Below, piece by piece: positions 52,528 to 63,639 of a stretch of 64,000 nt of DNA. How positions within the stretch are numbered: the first letter of the stretch is position 1; the number at the start of each line of letters is the position of its first letter. A program made the position numbers and the translations under genes. Origin of the DNA: Gammaproteobacteria bacterium (GTDB lineage: Bacteria > Pseudomonadota > Gammaproteobacteria > Eutrophobiales > Eutrophobiaceae); assembly GCA_965238225.1 (NCBI GenBank), contig OZ250183.1:544001-608000 (forward strand), written 5' to 3'. The notes below the pieces were generated by a model. The model was not told the DNA's origin. It was given only the letters and a program-made list of their open reading frames with translations, and searched no databases.

Positions 52528-54185
52528 AACTGAGTGAAATCTCACGATTGGTTACAGTCCAGAAGGTATTGGTTCGTCACGGACTGTATGAGATCGCTTT
52601 CGCCTCAAATATTTCTCGTTCAATAAAAATATTGTTTTATATCTTTCCTTGGAACTGGTTTGGAAGAAAGCAGGGATCGAGAGGGGAGAGATTAAGACGT
52701 GCGCTAGAAGACCTAGGACCGATCTTTATCAAATTCGGACAGCTTTTATCTACACGCCGCGATTTCTTGCCAGAAGATATTCTGCAGGAATTTGCAAAGT
52801 TGCAAGACAGTGTGCCACCTTTTCCAAGCAAGCAAGCAAGATGCATTATTGAGGATGCAGTTGGGAACAAGATTGAAGATATCTTTCTGGAGTTTGACGA
52901 AACACCGTTAGCTTCTGCCTCCATTGCGCAGGTGCATGCTGCGACAACGAAGGATGGTCGGAAGATGATAGTTAAAGTTGTCCGTCCAGATATTGAAGAG
53001 GTCATTCGTCGAGATATTGGTTTGATGTATTTTTTTGCCAAGAAAGCAGAAAAATATACAGAAGATGGCAAACGTTTAGGTCTAGTCAATGTCATTGCAG
53101 AATTTGAAAAGACACTATTGGCTGAACTGGATCTGATGCGCGAAGCGGCCAATGCCTCACAGTTGCGTCGGAATTTCGCTGATTCAGATATGTTATATGT
53201 TCCTGAAGTTGACTGGGATTTAACACAGAAAAATATCATGGTGATGGAGCGTATTTCAGGCATTCCTATCAGTGATATTGAATCTCTTAAAGCTGCCGGG
53301 GTTGATTTAAAATGGCTGGCAGAATCAGGTATTGAAATATTTTTTACTGAAGTACTTCGAGATAGTTTTTTCCACGCTGATATGCATCCTGGAAATATAT
53401 TTGTATCTTGCCCAAAGCCTGAAAAGCCAGCAAAAATCGTGGTGGTGGATTTCGGTATTATGGGCTCACTCAGCGAATTTGATCAAAGATATCTCGCCGA
53501 AAATTTTATAGCCTTTCTTGATCGTGACTATCAGAAAGTTGCCAGATTACATGTCGAATCTGGTTGGGTGCCTGCCAATACACGTGTCGATGAATTTGAA
53601 TTCGCAATCAGAGCGGTGTGTGAACCTTTGTTTGACAGATCTTTGAGGAAAATATCATTTGGCGCTATGTTACTACGTCTGTTTCAGACGGTTAGGCAGT
53701 TTGATATGGTGATTTTACCACAGTTATTATTATTGCAAAAAACGCTGGTGAATATTGAAGGCTTAGGTAGACAACTCTATCCAGAGTTAGATATCTGGAA
53801 AACTGCGAGACCTTTGTTTGAGCACTGGATGCATGAACGCCTTGGTGTTAGAGGCTTGGCAGAAGGTTTGAAAGATAATTTACCTAGATGGCTTGATCGA
53901 TTGCCTGATTTACCAAATAAAACTGTCGATATTATCGAACGTCTTCGTGATGGCAAGATTCAGGTAGAATTAAAGACGACTGAGCTAGAAAGAATTAGAA
54001 CCGAAATAAAGAGAAGCAATCAACGGACAGTATTAGCAATGGTTGGCTCTGCTTTCATTATCTGTGCTGCGGTCATATTTGGTTTGGATGGATTCTCCCC
54101 GGCAATGGTTGCCGGCGTTCCTTATTTGACTTGGTTATTTGGAGGGGCAGGGTTGGGATTATTGGTATTTTCTATGAGTAAATAG
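52524..54185 (+). CDS. ubiB: Ubiquinone biosynthesis kinase-like protein
   Basis: LGPIFIKFGQ, ASASIAQVH, FFHADMHPGN and DFG motifs. Confidence 0.96.
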   Translation: MKLSEISRLVTVQKVLVRHGLYEIAFASNISRSIKILFYIFPWNWFGRKQGSRGERLRRALEDLGPIFIKFGQLLSTRRDFLPEDILQEFAKLQDSVPPFPSKQARCIIEDAVGNKIEDIFLEFDETPLASASIAQVHAATTKDGRKMIVKVVRPDIEEVIRRDIGLMYFFAKKAEKYTEDGKRLGLVNVIAEFEKTLLAELDLMREAANASQLRRNFADSDMLYVPEVDWDLTQKNIMVMERISGIPISDIESLKAAGVDLKWLAESGIEIFFTEVLRDSFFHADMHPGNIFVSCPKPEKPAKIVVVDFGIMGSLSEFDQRYLAENFIAFLDRDYQKVARLHVESGWVPANTRVDEFEFAIRAVCEPLFDRSLRKISFGAMLLRLFQTVRQFDMVILPQLLLLQKTLVNIEGLGRQLYPELDIWKTARPLFEHWMHERLGVRGLAEGLKDNLPRWLDRLPDLPNKTVDIIERLRDGKIQVELKTTELERIRTEIKRSNQRTVLAMVGSAFIICAAVIFGLDGFSPAMVAGVPYLTWLFGGAGLGLLVFSMSK

Positions 54186-54458
54186 TGTTTGTTTAAGAAA
54201 TAAAAAAATATTATTTGTATGAATCACTCATATATTAACGTCTTACTACAGCAGCCTTTGCAGTATCTCTAGATTTTTCTGCCAGACAGTATTTTAATAA
54301 GTAGTTCAACAATGGTAATGACTTCCAGTTTTTAGCAATCCTATACCAAAGAAACCAGTGCCAAAAAAATCAGCGTCAAAGAAACCAGCACCATAGGAAT
54401 ATCTACTTTGGGAGTAGATGCTTTAGAAATATAATATTTCCGCCGTAGGTTTTCCCGT

Positions 54459-55799
54459 TTATTTTTTTATGATTGCCAGCCCTTTTAATACATTCAAGGC
54501 TTCATAAAGCGCATAGTCTTCTGAGGGAAGTGACACAGCAGCCTGTTTGGATTTATCTTTGAGCGTATTTTCTTCAAGCTCCTCATTTTCCTCTATTACT
54601 GCTCTCCTTATTGTCGGGGTTCCCTCTTGCCCGCTTTTAAGATGTCCTTTGAGGTCAGCTTCTTTTACCCGCATATCTAAGGAATTTTCAATCTTGGATA
54701 TTTTTACCTCATCAATGATGATATCTGGTATTACACCTGATGCCTGAATTGATCGGCCATTAGGCGTGTAATATCTGGCTGTAGTTAGTTTTAGTGCCGC
54801 ATTATTATTCATAGGCAGGACGGTTTGCACAGATCCTTTACCAAAGGTTTTTTCGCCCATGATAACGCCACGTCCATGATCCTGAAGTGCTCCGGCAACA
54901 ATCTCTGATGCAGACGCAGAGCCACCATTAACAAGCACAATCAGCGGCACATCTGGAAGTTTGGCATTGGGTTTGGCATTAAATTTCAATTTTGAATCTT
55001 TGACGCGCCCTTCCGTATAAACAATTAATCCTTTATTAAGGAACATATCCGCAATACCGACAGCAGCAGTTAAAAGACCGCCTGGATTATTTCTGAGGTC
55101 AAGTATGACACCCTTAAGCTTATTGTTATTGTCTTGTTGTAGTGTATCAATTGCCTTACGTAGATTTTCAACAGTATATGACTGAAAGTTTGAAAGTCGC
55201 AGATAGCCAAAGCCTGGTTCCAGTGTGTTGAAGCGAACGCTCTTCACTTTAATTACATCCCTGATGATAGTGAATATCAGAGATTTCTCTACATTCTCGC
55301 GAACGATTGTTAATGTGATTTTGGCGCCAAGTTTGCCACGCATGAGATTGACAGCTTCATTTAATGTCATGCCTTTAACCGCGCTGTCATCAAGCTTAAT
55401 GATTAAATCGCCTGCTTTTATTCCAGCTTTTTGTGCAGGGGTATCATCGATAGGCGCAATGACTTTGATAAAACCATCTTCCATTCCTACTTCAATGCCA
55501 AGACCGCCAAATTCACCAGAGGTTCCTTCTTTTAGATCCTCATAGGATTCGCTATCAAGATATACAGAGTGGGGATCTAATCCCTCCAACATGCCTTGGA
55601 CGGCATTTTCAAGTAATTTTTTATCATCTACAGAATCAACATAATCACTTTTTATTTTTGCAAATATTTCAGTGAAGGTGCGCAACTCATCCAAGGGGAG
55701 TGCTTCGTATTCTGGCACTTTGTCCTCTCCGATAACTACCCGAACACTGATAAGCAAAAGTAGCAGGCAAATAAAAATGTTGTGAAAGGCATTATTCAT
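54459..55799 (-). CDS. ctpA: S41 carboxyl-terminal processing protease
   Basis: PDZ GLGI, DLRNNPGG, SASASE and FGKGSVQ motifs. Confidence 0.92.
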   Translation of the reverse strand: MNNAFHNIFICLLLLLISVRVVIGEDKVPEYEALPLDELRTFTEIFAKIKSDYVDSVDDKKLLENAVQGMLEGLDPHSVYLDSESYEDLKEGTSGEFGGLGIEVGMEDGFIKVIAPIDDTPAQKAGIKAGDLIIKLDDSAVKGMTLNEAVNLMRGKLGAKITLTIVRENVEKSLIFTIIRDVIKVKSVRFNTLEPGFGYLRLSNFQSYTVENLRKAIDTLQQDNNNKLKGVILDLRNNPGGLLTAAVGIADMFLNKGLIVYTEGRVKDSKLKFNAKPNAKLPDVPLIVLVNGGSASASEIVAGALQDHGRGVIMGEKTFGKGSVQTVLPMNNNAALKLTTARYYTPNGRSIQASGVIPDIIIDEVKISKIENSLDMRVKEADLKGHLKSGQEGTPTIRRAVIEENEELEENTLKDKSKQAAVSLPSEDYALYEALNVLKGLAIIKK

Positions 55800-56036
55800 T
55801 TTTCTCTCCGTGCCTCATGATAAGAAGATTTTAGGTTACTTAGATTTCTTGTTTTTTAGACAAGTATCGTTAATATTCATTAATATAGTTTAATTATATC
55901 CAAATCATTTGAAAATACAGGATTTAGAATTTAAGCGATTTCGTCTACGAAGACAGCCTGCAGTGAATGGCCAGTTTGCATAGGCGTTGTAGTGATTTAG
56001 GCGTAATGACATAAACATGTAGTAAAATATTTTTTG

Positions 56037-57245
56037 TTAATTTCTGCACCACTTTTCAGGGTTGACTGGACTACCATTATTTCTAATTTCGAAATAAATA
56101 CCAGAGCGAAGCTGTCCGCCGCTATTTCCGGCAAAGGAGATGATTTCATTTGGCAGTACCCAGTCTCCGGTTTTTTTCAGTAAACTTTGATTATAACCAT
56201 ACAAGCTCATATAACCATCTCCATGGTCAATGATAATAAGCAGTCCTAAATTTCGGAACCAATCTGCAAAAACGACTTGTCCTCCGCTGACTGCTTGCAC
56301 ATCTACACCGATTTCAGCATTTATGATAACACCTTGCCATTTTAATTTACCACCTTGTTTGCGGTTTCCAAAGCGAGTCAGCAATTTTCCCTTTGTTGGC
56401 CAATTAAGTTTTCCTTTAAGTGTATTAAAAGGCGGGATGTTTTCAAAGAGAGCCATACTTGTGCGATTTTCTTCAGTTTGTTCTGAAATAATTTTTTGTA
56501 GAAGATTTTTAGTTTCCTGTTCTTGATGTTGTAATGCCTGCAGTTTAAGTCCTTGTTTATCGAGTTCATTTAATAGTTTTGCAAGAATATTTTCTCTTTC
56601 TTTTTTTGAGTATGAAATTTCTCTATTTTTTTCAAGTTGATATTTTTTTAGTGTGAGCAAGATATCATTTTCATGTTTGATATTCTTTTCTATTTGTGTG
56701 ATTTTTTCGATTTCTGTATTTATTAAATTAATTTTTTGTACCTTGGTCTTATTATGGTAATTATAATAAGCAAGTGCTCGACCTAGCATGGCAAGGTCTT
56801 CGTAATTTAACAATAACTTCATATAGTCGTTACTGCTTATCATGTAAGCTGCACGTATTTGTTTGGCAAGCGTCCGTTTTTGTTCAGTCAGTATTTTTTC
56901 GTGCAATGATTTCTTGTTATTTAGATCATTCAGGCGATTGATTTTTTGTTGCAATTGTTTTTCAATCTCCCTTATATGAAGGGCAATATTACCAATCGAT
57001 GTTTCATTCTCTTTTAATTCAGTTTGCAAAATATCTGTTTCAAGACGCGCATTCTCAATGCTGGATTTGATATCTTCAATTTCATTTCTTACAGAATTCA
57101 GTTCAGCAGATTTTTCTTTGAAATCTTCAGCGTAAATTGGCAGGATCATGAGGCAAGTAAAAATAGACGCAAGCTGAAAGTATTTTCGCAGGTAATTACA
57201 GAAATTGCATCGCGATAAGCTTGGCCATACGAAGGCGGTGATCAT
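56037..57245 (-). CDS. envC: Murein hydrolase activator (coiled coil plus degenerate M23 domain)
   Basis: Long coiled coil; KWQG, IIDHG..YMSLYGYN and YFEIR motifs; gpmI-envC synteny. Confidence 0.88.
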   Translation of the reverse strand: MITAFVWPSLSRCNFCNYLRKYFQLASIFTCLMILPIYAEDFKEKSAELNSVRNEIEDIKSSIENARLETDILQTELKENETSIGNIALHIREIEKQLQQKINRLNDLNNKKSLHEKILTEQKRTLAKQIRAAYMISSNDYMKLLLNYEDLAMLGRALAYYNYHNKTKVQKINLINTEIEKITQIEKNIKHENDILLTLKKYQLEKNREISYSKKERENILAKLLNELDKQGLKLQALQHQEQETKNLLQKIISEQTEENRTSMALFENIPPFNTLKGKLNWPTKGKLLTRFGNRKQGGKLKWQGVIINAEIGVDVQAVSGGQVVFADWFRNLGLLIIIDHGDGYMSLYGYNQSLLKKTGDWVLPNEIISFAGNSGGQLRSGIYFEIRNNGSPVNPEKWCRN

Positions 57246-58804
57246 TGTAATTTCAGCAAAGATTTTCCTGTCATTTCATGGGGGGCATCAATCCCCATTA
57301 AGTACAACATTGTGGGCGCGATGTCTGATAACGATCCTGACAGTCCCGGAATGATTTCAGCATCACGACCAATATAAATAAGTGGAACTAGATTAGAGGT
57401 GTGGGCAGTGTGTTGTTCGGATCTTATTTTCTCTGTGGCATAGGCCTTCATTTGTTCAGCATTGCCATGATCAGACGTAATTAAAATCTCTGCATTTGTC
57501 TTTTTTGCGGCTTCAATGACCTTGCCGAGGCAGATGTCAATAGCTTCAATAGCTTTTATGGTTGCCTGAAAATCACCCGTGTGGCCAACCATATCAGCAT
57601 TAGCATAGTTGCAAATTATGGCATCATACTTGCCATCTTGAATTGCCTTTACCAGCTTACGGGTGATCTCAAAGGCACTCATTTTTGGTTCCATATTGTA
57701 GGTGCGAATATGAGGTGAAGGCACTAGTATTCTATCTTCACCATCAAACGCTTGTTCTTCACCGCCATTAAAGAAGAAAGTTACATGTGCATATTTTTCT
57801 GTTTCTGCAATACGCAACTGCTTTAGGCCAAGTTCAGAAATGTACTGACCAAAAACATTATCTATGCTCTTAGGCGGGAAAGCGACAAGAAACTCATAAT
57901 TTGCCTTGTACTCAGTTAAACTTATAAAGGCATCAAGCTTGGGAATGTGTTCTCTTGGGAAGCTTTGAAAATTTTCTTTGGTGAAAGCGCGAGCTAATTG
58001 CCTTGCTCTGTCGGCGCGATAATTAGCAAAAATAATGATATCACCATTTTCAACTTGGACAGGAGGCTCACCATTTTTAGTAATAGCGGTTGCATTCATA
58101 AATTCATCTGTTTCGCCTCGTGCGTAAGCCATATCTAATGCAATGAAAGGATCGTTTGATCGATAATCGGCTTTGCCTTGGCTAATAAGGTCGTAGGCTT
58201 TTTGGGTTCTTTCCCAGCGTTTATTTCTGTCCATGGAGTAGAATCTGCCAATGATGCTGGCAAAACGTCCTTTCCCCAGTTCTTTCATTTTTAGCTGAGC
58301 AAAGCGGATACTTTCTTCAGAATTTTTTGGCGGTGTGTCGCGACCATCTAAGAATGCATGTAGATAAATTTTCGTAACGCCAGATTGAGCCGCAAATTCC
58401 ATTAGTTTGAAAATATGTTTCTGATGACTATGCACGCCACCAGGTGAGAGCAGACCCAAGATGTGTATGGCCTTGTTATTTTGAGTTGCTCGATTGAAAG
58501 CATTATTGAGCGTCTCGTTTTTGAAGAAGGAGCCATCTTTTATGGCACGTGTAATCCTTGAAAACTCTTGATCGACCAAACGACCCGAACCAATGGTCAT
58601 ATGACCTACTTCTGAGTTGCCCATTTGCTGTGGGGGCAGACCGACATCTATCCCAGAGGCTTGGATTAAAGTGTGGGGACATTCAAGCCACAATTTTTCC
58701 CAAACTGGTTTTTTTGCACTATAAATTGCGTTGTAGACGGTATTGTCTGTGTGTCCCCAACCATCTAAAACAATCAGAATGAGCGGCTTAATTGGTGGCT
58801 GCAT
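57242..58804 (-). CDS. gpmI: 2,3-bisphosphoglycerate-independent phosphoglycerate mutase
   Basis: LDGWG, MGNSEVGH, AETEKYAHVT and DMVGHTG motifs. Confidence 0.97.
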   Translation of the reverse strand: MQPPIKPLILIVLDGWGHTDNTVYNAIYSAKKPVWEKLWLECPHTLIQASGIDVGLPPQQMGNSEVGHMTIGSGRLVDQEFSRITRAIKDGSFFKNETLNNAFNRATQNNKAIHILGLLSPGGVHSHQKHIFKLMEFAAQSGVTKIYLHAFLDGRDTPPKNSEESIRFAQLKMKELGKGRFASIIGRFYSMDRNKRWERTQKAYDLISQGKADYRSNDPFIALDMAYARGETDEFMNATAITKNGEPPVQVENGDIIIFANYRADRARQLARAFTKENFQSFPREHIPKLDAFISLTEYKANYEFLVAFPPKSIDNVFGQYISELGLKQLRIAETEKYAHVTFFFNGGEEQAFDGEDRILVPSPHIRTYNMEPKMSAFEITRKLVKAIQDGKYDAIICNYANADMVGHTGDFQATIKAIEAIDICLGKVIEAAKKTNAEILITSDHGNAEQMKAYATEKIRSEQHTAHTSNLVPLIYIGRDAEIIPGLSGSLSDIAPTMLYLMGIDAPHEMTGKSLLKLQ

Positions 58805-59116
58805 CCATAGATTCGTTTACGTTACTTGGCATCGTAAAAATAGGTAAACACTGTTTAAAATTATGCCGATGAAAAAATCTTCAAGAGAGACTAAAGGCGC
58901 ATAACGACTGCAATTTGGCTGCTGAATTCAAGGTAAATTGCATCTCATATCTATCCACTATATGCAAATTTTAGCACATAAAAGTTAGATATTTAACCGT
59001 AGACTGTTTTAGGATAAGGAAACGTCCAGAAATCTACATTTCCAAGTAGTTTGAGTGTAACGTATCATGCACACTTTATTATAATACGATACTGCCTTAG
59101 GATAAAATAACAAATT

Positions 59117-59545
59117 ATGGAAAGACTTCCGGAATTTATTGCTAATCATTTATTTCTTGTTGCGCTTCTTGTGGCGATATCATCGCTTCTGTTATGGAAT
59201 ATATTTTTTAGCATCATAGCATCGTCTCAAGTTCCTGCCGCTGAAGTTATACGTTTGATAAACCATAAAAATGCAGAGATTCTGGATATTCGTAGTGCTG
59301 AGGATTTCAAGCAAGGACATATTATTAACGCCATCAATATAGATATGAAAACGCTGGGTGAACAGGAAAAATGGCTAGAAAAATACAAAGATAAAATCAT
59401 TGTTGTCTGTTGTAGGCAGGGTTCAGAATCTATGCGTGTGACACAAAATTTAAAAATAAAAGGATTTAAAAAATTTTATTCTTTGAAGGGTGGTATCAGT
59501 GCGTGGCAAAATGCTAATTTGCCTCTGGCAAAAGGAAACACTTAA
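59117..59545 (+). CDS. Membrane-anchored rhodanese-like protein (YibN-like)
   Basis: N-terminal TM; GHIINAINI and LKGGISAW motifs; upstream of secB. Confidence 0.88.
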   Translation: MERLPEFIANHLFLVALLVAISSLLLWNIFFSIIASSQVPAAEVIRLINHKNAEILDIRSAEDFKQGHIINAINIDMKTLGEQEKWLEKYKDKIIVVCCRQGSESMRVTQNLKIKGFKKFYSLKGGISAWQNANLPLAKGNT

Positions 59546-59581
59546 TCATGATTCATTAATATTACAAAAATTTATTTTTTA

Positions 59582-60076
59582 ATGGTTGAAGAAGATATGA
59601 ATGTCGAAGTAGGCACAGAAGAAGTGAAACAAGGTGAATTTGCTATACAAAAGATTTATACCAAGGATATATTTTTTGAAACGCCACATTCACCAGAGAT
59701 ATTTACCGCAGAATGGGAACCTGTAGTAAATATGAATCTTAATAGTGAGGCTAAACCTATCGCTGATAAAACCTATGAAGTCGTTTTAATTGTTACTGTG
59801 AACGTTACTGTAAAAGAGAAAACAGCCTATCTAGTTGAGGCACATCAGGCAGGTATTTTTCATATTGATAAATTCCCTGAAGAAGTTATTAGACAAATGA
59901 TGGCAACCATTTGTCCTGATATTCTTTTTCCTTTTGCACGCGAACATGTTGCGGATATGGTCGCTCGGGGTGGTTTCCCACAACTTCTGCTTGCACCCGT
60001 AAATTTCGAAGCCTTATATCAGAAGCAGAAAATGCAACAACAAAATGCAGTTTCTAAAACACAAACAAAACACTGA
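59582..60076 (+). CDS. secB: Protein export chaperone SecB
   Basis: IQKIYTKD, CP.ILFPFARE and LAPVNFEALY motifs. Confidence 0.96.
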   Translation: MVEEDMNVEVGTEEVKQGEFAIQKIYTKDIFFETPHSPEIFTAEWEPVVNMNLNSEAKPIADKTYEVVLIVTVNVTVKEKTAYLVEAHQAGIFHIDKFPEEVIRQMMATICPDILFPFAREHVADMVARGGFPQLLLAPVNFEALYQKQKMQQQNAVSKTQTKH

Positions 60077-60159
60077 CTCGGTAATTCCTGAGACATAGTC
60101 TATCACGATAAAGCCCGTCAAGATAAAATCTTAAATCTGACAATGAACACAGAAAGATA

Positions 60160-61161
60160 ATGTCAAAGCCGATACTTGTAATTGGTGCAGGCTCATGGGG
60201 GACAGCGCTTGCAATGGTACTGTCTCAAAACGGTGAGCGTGTTTATCTCTGGGGACGTGATAGCTCGCATATAGCAGAGCTTACGGCGCAAGGTTGCAAT
60301 AAGCGTTATCTACCAGATGCAAATTTTCCAGAAGGACTTGTGCCTGTAGATGATCTTGCATTCTGTCTGCAAGAATGTGACGAAATAGTTTTGGCCGTTC
60401 CCTGTGTGGGTGTGCGCAGTATTCTTGAAATCATTGATAAACAGGGCAATGACAATCTACAGCTATGTATCGCAAGTAAAGGCTTGGAAGCCAATACACA
60501 ATATCTGAATCATAAGGTCGTTGAAAGTTGTCTTGGAGCTAAGGTTAGTACAGTCGTATTATCTGGCCCATCATTTGCACAAGAAGTCGCTGCTAGGCTG
60601 CCAACAGCAATTACAATTGCAGGCAGTGATTTAGGAACAACAACATGGTTTGCCAAGAAATTCCATAATGCAGTTTTCAGAACTTACATACACGACGATA
60701 TCATTGGTGTAGAGGTGGGTGGTGCTGTCAAGAATGTTATGGCAATTGCAGCTGGTATCGTAGATGGTCTAGGTTTTGGTGCTAATACTCGCGCAGCTTT
60801 GATTACAAGAGGTCTTGCAGAGATTATCAGGCTTGGTGTTGCCATGGGTGGCCGACAGGAAACTTTTATGGGGCTTACAGGCTTGGGTGATTTGGTCTTA
60901 ACTTGTACAGACAATCAATCTCGTAATCGCAGGTTTGGTCTTGAATTAGCCAAACGGGCAACGGTCTCTGAGGCCTGTGAAAATATTGGCCAAGCGATTG
61001 AAGGTATCAAGACCTCACAAGAGGTATACCAACTGGCCTTAAAAAATAATATTGAAATGCCAATCACAGAACAGGTTTGTAAGGTGGTCAATGGAGATAT
61101 TTTACCAAGCGAAGCTGTTAAGGTTCTATTGATGCGTGAACAAAGACAAGAACTGGGCTAG
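60160..61161 (+). CDS. gpsA: NAD(P)H-dependent glycerol-3-phosphate dehydrogenase
   Basis: GAGSWGTA, GGAVKNV and GDLVLTC..NQSRN motifs. Confidence 0.97.
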   Translation: MSKPILVIGAGSWGTALAMVLSQNGERVYLWGRDSSHIAELTAQGCNKRYLPDANFPEGLVPVDDLAFCLQECDEIVLAVPCVGVRSILEIIDKQGNDNLQLCIASKGLEANTQYLNHKVVESCLGAKVSTVVLSGPSFAQEVAARLPTAITIAGSDLGTTTWFAKKFHNAVFRTYIHDDIIGVEVGGAVKNVMAIAAGIVDGLGFGANTRAALITRGLAEIIRLGVAMGGRQETFMGLTGLGDLVLTCTDNQSRNRRFGLELAKRATVSEACENIGQAIEGIKTSQEVYQLALKNNIEMPITEQVCKVVNGDILPSEAVKVLLMREQRQELG

Positions 61162-61243
61162 GGTATCCCCCAAAATGCATTTTTTCCACGATTGCGAGCA
61201 CGATGGCAAAATCGTGCTTAATTCTCATTGTATATTATACACT

Positions 61244-61705
61244 TTAACTTATTTGGAAGTTGTGTTGTTTCCAAGCTTCGTAAACAAATATTGCTACTGC
61301 ATTAGAAAGATTAAGACTGCGACTATCAGACAGCATGGGCAATCTGAGGATATCATCGTCTGGTAGTTTGTCTAATAGTGACTGGGGCAGACCACTGGTT
61401 TCAGAGCCAAATAATAGTGCGATATTGTCGGGATAGTCGGCTCTAGAATATAAGGTTTTTCCTCGAGTAGAGATAGCATATATCTTTTTAGGTTTGATAC
61501 ACTCAGTGAAAGAGTTCAGGGAATCGTGTTCGTGAATATCAGTCCATTCATGGTAATCGAGTCCTGCGCGCAATAGTTTGGCATCGTCAAGCTCAAATCC
61601 GAGAGGATGAATCAAATGTAATTGTGCTCCGGTATTGGCACATAGTCGTATAATATTGCCAGTATTAGGGGGTATCTCTGGTCTATGTAAAACAACATGA
61701 ATCAT
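61244..61705 (-). CDS. trmL: tRNA (cytidine/uridine-34 2'-O)-methyltransferase
   Basis: PEIPPNTGNI, RAGLDY and RSLNLSN motifs. Confidence 0.95.
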   Translation of the reverse strand: MIHVVLHRPEIPPNTGNIIRLCANTGAQLHLIHPLGFELDDAKLLRAGLDYHEWTDIHEHDSLNSFTECIKPKKIYAISTRGKTLYSRADYPDNIALLFGSETSGLPQSLLDKLPDDDILRLPMLSDSRSLNLSNAVAIFVYEAWKQHNFQIS

Positions 61706-61738
61706 TTTAAAGTATGTTTTTTAGATTTTAAAGAATAA

Positions 61739-62686
61739 ATGGGTAACAAACTAAATAATAAACTGGCGATAAATTTTTGTGGAATGAAGTTTAATTCACC
61801 ACAGGTACTCCTGTCTGGCTGCGTTGGTTTTGGTGAAGAATATACACGTGTGAATGGATTTTCCAATACTGATACGGGGGCTATTTGCTTAAAAGGCACA
61901 ACATTAGAACCACGCTTGGGTAATTTGCCACATCGGGTGATGGAAACCCCTATGGGTATGTTAAATTCGATTGGTTTGCAAAATCCAGGAACAGCTGTGG
62001 TGGTTGATGATTACTTGCCTAATCTGGATTTTGAAGAAACACGCTTTATTGCCAATCTATCAGGCTCTACGATTAAAGAGTATGAAGCGGTCACGCGATT
62101 GTTTGACGATTCACCGATAGATGCCATGGAGATAAATATTTCTTGCCCTAATGTCAAGGAAGGGGGCGCGGTCTTTGGCAATGATCCAGATATGTCGGCT
62201 CGTGTTATTGAAGCTTGTCGCCGTGCAACCAACAAACCAATCATTGCCAAATTATCACCAAATCAGACAGACATCGCTGAAAATGCACATCGTTGTATAG
62301 AAGCAGGCGCGGATGGATTGGCCGTCATCAATACACTTATGGGCATGGCGATTGATATTAAGAAACTTAAGCCAGTCACCGGCAGTAATCAGAGCGGGCT
62401 TTCAGGGCCAGCAATCAAACCTATTGCCTTACTTAAGGTGCATCAGGTCTATCAGGTCAGCAAGCATCATAATGTGCCGATTATAGGTCAAGGCGGAATA
62501 AGCTCAGCTAATGATGCTTTGGAATTTATTATCGCAGGTGCCGCCGCTGTTGGCATTGGTACAGCATTATTTTATGATCCACTGATATGCCCAAAGATTA
62601 ACCGAGGCATTGTGGATTATTTAGACGAACATAATATCAATAATGTTTCTGATTTGGTCGGAACATTCGAATTACATAATAACTAA
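61739..62686 (+). CDS. pyrD: Dihydroorotate dehydrogenase family 1 catalytic subunit
   Basis: NSIGLQNPG, EINISCPN, KLSPN and GLSGPAIKP motifs. Confidence 0.9.
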   Translation: MGNKLNNKLAINFCGMKFNSPQVLLSGCVGFGEEYTRVNGFSNTDTGAICLKGTTLEPRLGNLPHRVMETPMGMLNSIGLQNPGTAVVVDDYLPNLDFEETRFIANLSGSTIKEYEAVTRLFDDSPIDAMEINISCPNVKEGGAVFGNDPDMSARVIEACRRATNKPIIAKLSPNQTDIAENAHRCIEAGADGLAVINTLMGMAIDIKKLKPVTGSNQSGLSGPAIKPIALLKVHQVYQVSKHHNVPIIGQGGISSANDALEFIIAGAAAVGIGTALFYDPLICPKINRGIVDYLDEHNINNVSDLVGTFELHNN

Positions 62687-62716
62687 ACTTACAATACTGT
62701 TGAGTGTTAATGCGTT

Positions 62717-63043
62717 CTAGTCAATTGCGCATAATAATCTTTTAAGAAATATTTTCATTTCTTTGGCTGCCTGAATATCACCTTTTTTTTCTGCCACCTC
62801 AATGCCATGTTGATATGCGACAATAGCCTCATTATTTTTTCCAGCATTGGCTAATGCTTTGCCGTAGAGCTTCCATGCAGCTGAATATTCAGGGTCATGT
62901 TGCAAAGCTACAGCCAGATGTTCAATAGCTTGTTTGTAATTTTTCGAATTTAAATATGCACTGCCTAAACTGAAGCGTATCAGAGTGTTATCTTGCCCTT
63001 GTTCCAGCATTGACTGAAGATTCGAAATTATTTTACTAGGCAT
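62717..63043 (-). CDS. TPR repeat protein
   Basis: IRFSLG, DPEYSAAWKLYGKAL and GDIQAAKEM motifs. Confidence 0.85.
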   Translation of the reverse strand: MPSKIISNLQSMLEQGQDNTLIRFSLGSAYLNSKNYKQAIEHLAVALQHDPEYSAAWKLYGKALANAGKNNEAIVAYQHGIEVAEKKGDIQAAKEMKIFLKRLLCAID

Positions 63044-63639
63044 TAATTACGTTTCCCAATAAATAATGCTTCATTTCGGCAACCAAATTCTGTATCACCT
63101 ATCAAGCCCTCTTCTCTATAAACCACGGTATCCAGATCTTTACACAAGTTTAATAATTCATTTTTGCCTAGTCGGTATATTTTATTTGTTGGGCCTGATT
63201 TTCGTATGTGTTCTTTAGTAAATGTTTGATAGAAGAGCAGTCCGTTTTTCCGAAGTGCTGTAATAATCTTAGGCACGATTTGTTGGTCAAGAAAATGACT
63301 AACGACAATTACATCGAAAGAGTATTCTTCTGGCGGATACCTGACTTCTGTGTTGATATCCAAATGCAAAGCGCTGGATATTGCTTGCAGTTTTTCAATG
63401 GCTGTGGACGATATATCCCAAGCATAGGCTTCCATATTATGTTGTGCTAGAAAAAGAACATTTGCACTAAGACCTGAGGCGAGGTCTAACGCTTTGCCTT
63501 GAGTTGGTAAGAGATGATGAAACTCTTGCAGAATATAAACGGGTTTTAATTCTTTTGTTTCACCATTTTGTTGTTTATGTCGGTAGATTTCATCCCATTT
63601 GCGAGATTCTTTATTGTTCTTTGCTCTAGGCATCGCCAT
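63043..63639 (-). CDS. Class I SAM-dependent methyltransferase (TehB-like)
   Basis: ALDLASGLSAN, WDISSTAI, FDVIVV and GLLFYQTF motifs. Confidence 0.8.
   Translation of the reverse strand: MAMPRAKNNKESRKWDEIYRHKQQNGETKELKPVYILQEFHHLLPTQGKALDLASGLSANVLFLAQHNMEAYAWDISSTAIEKLQAISSALHLDINTEVRYPPEEYSFDVIVVSHFLDQQIVPKIITALRKNGLLFYQTFTKEHIRKSGPTNKIYRLGKNELLNLCKDLDTVVYREEGLIGDTEFGCRNEALFIGKRN

Noticed and set aside
52637-53263. Long antisense ORFs inside housekeeping genes (this one opposite ubiB, and many similar)
   Set aside because: Shadow frames of well-supported genes.
54219-54400. Repeated CAAAGAAACCAG and a PKKPVPKKSASKKPAP fragment between ubiB and ctpA
   Set aside because: Only two short copies; probably a decayed low-complexity gene that cannot be identified.
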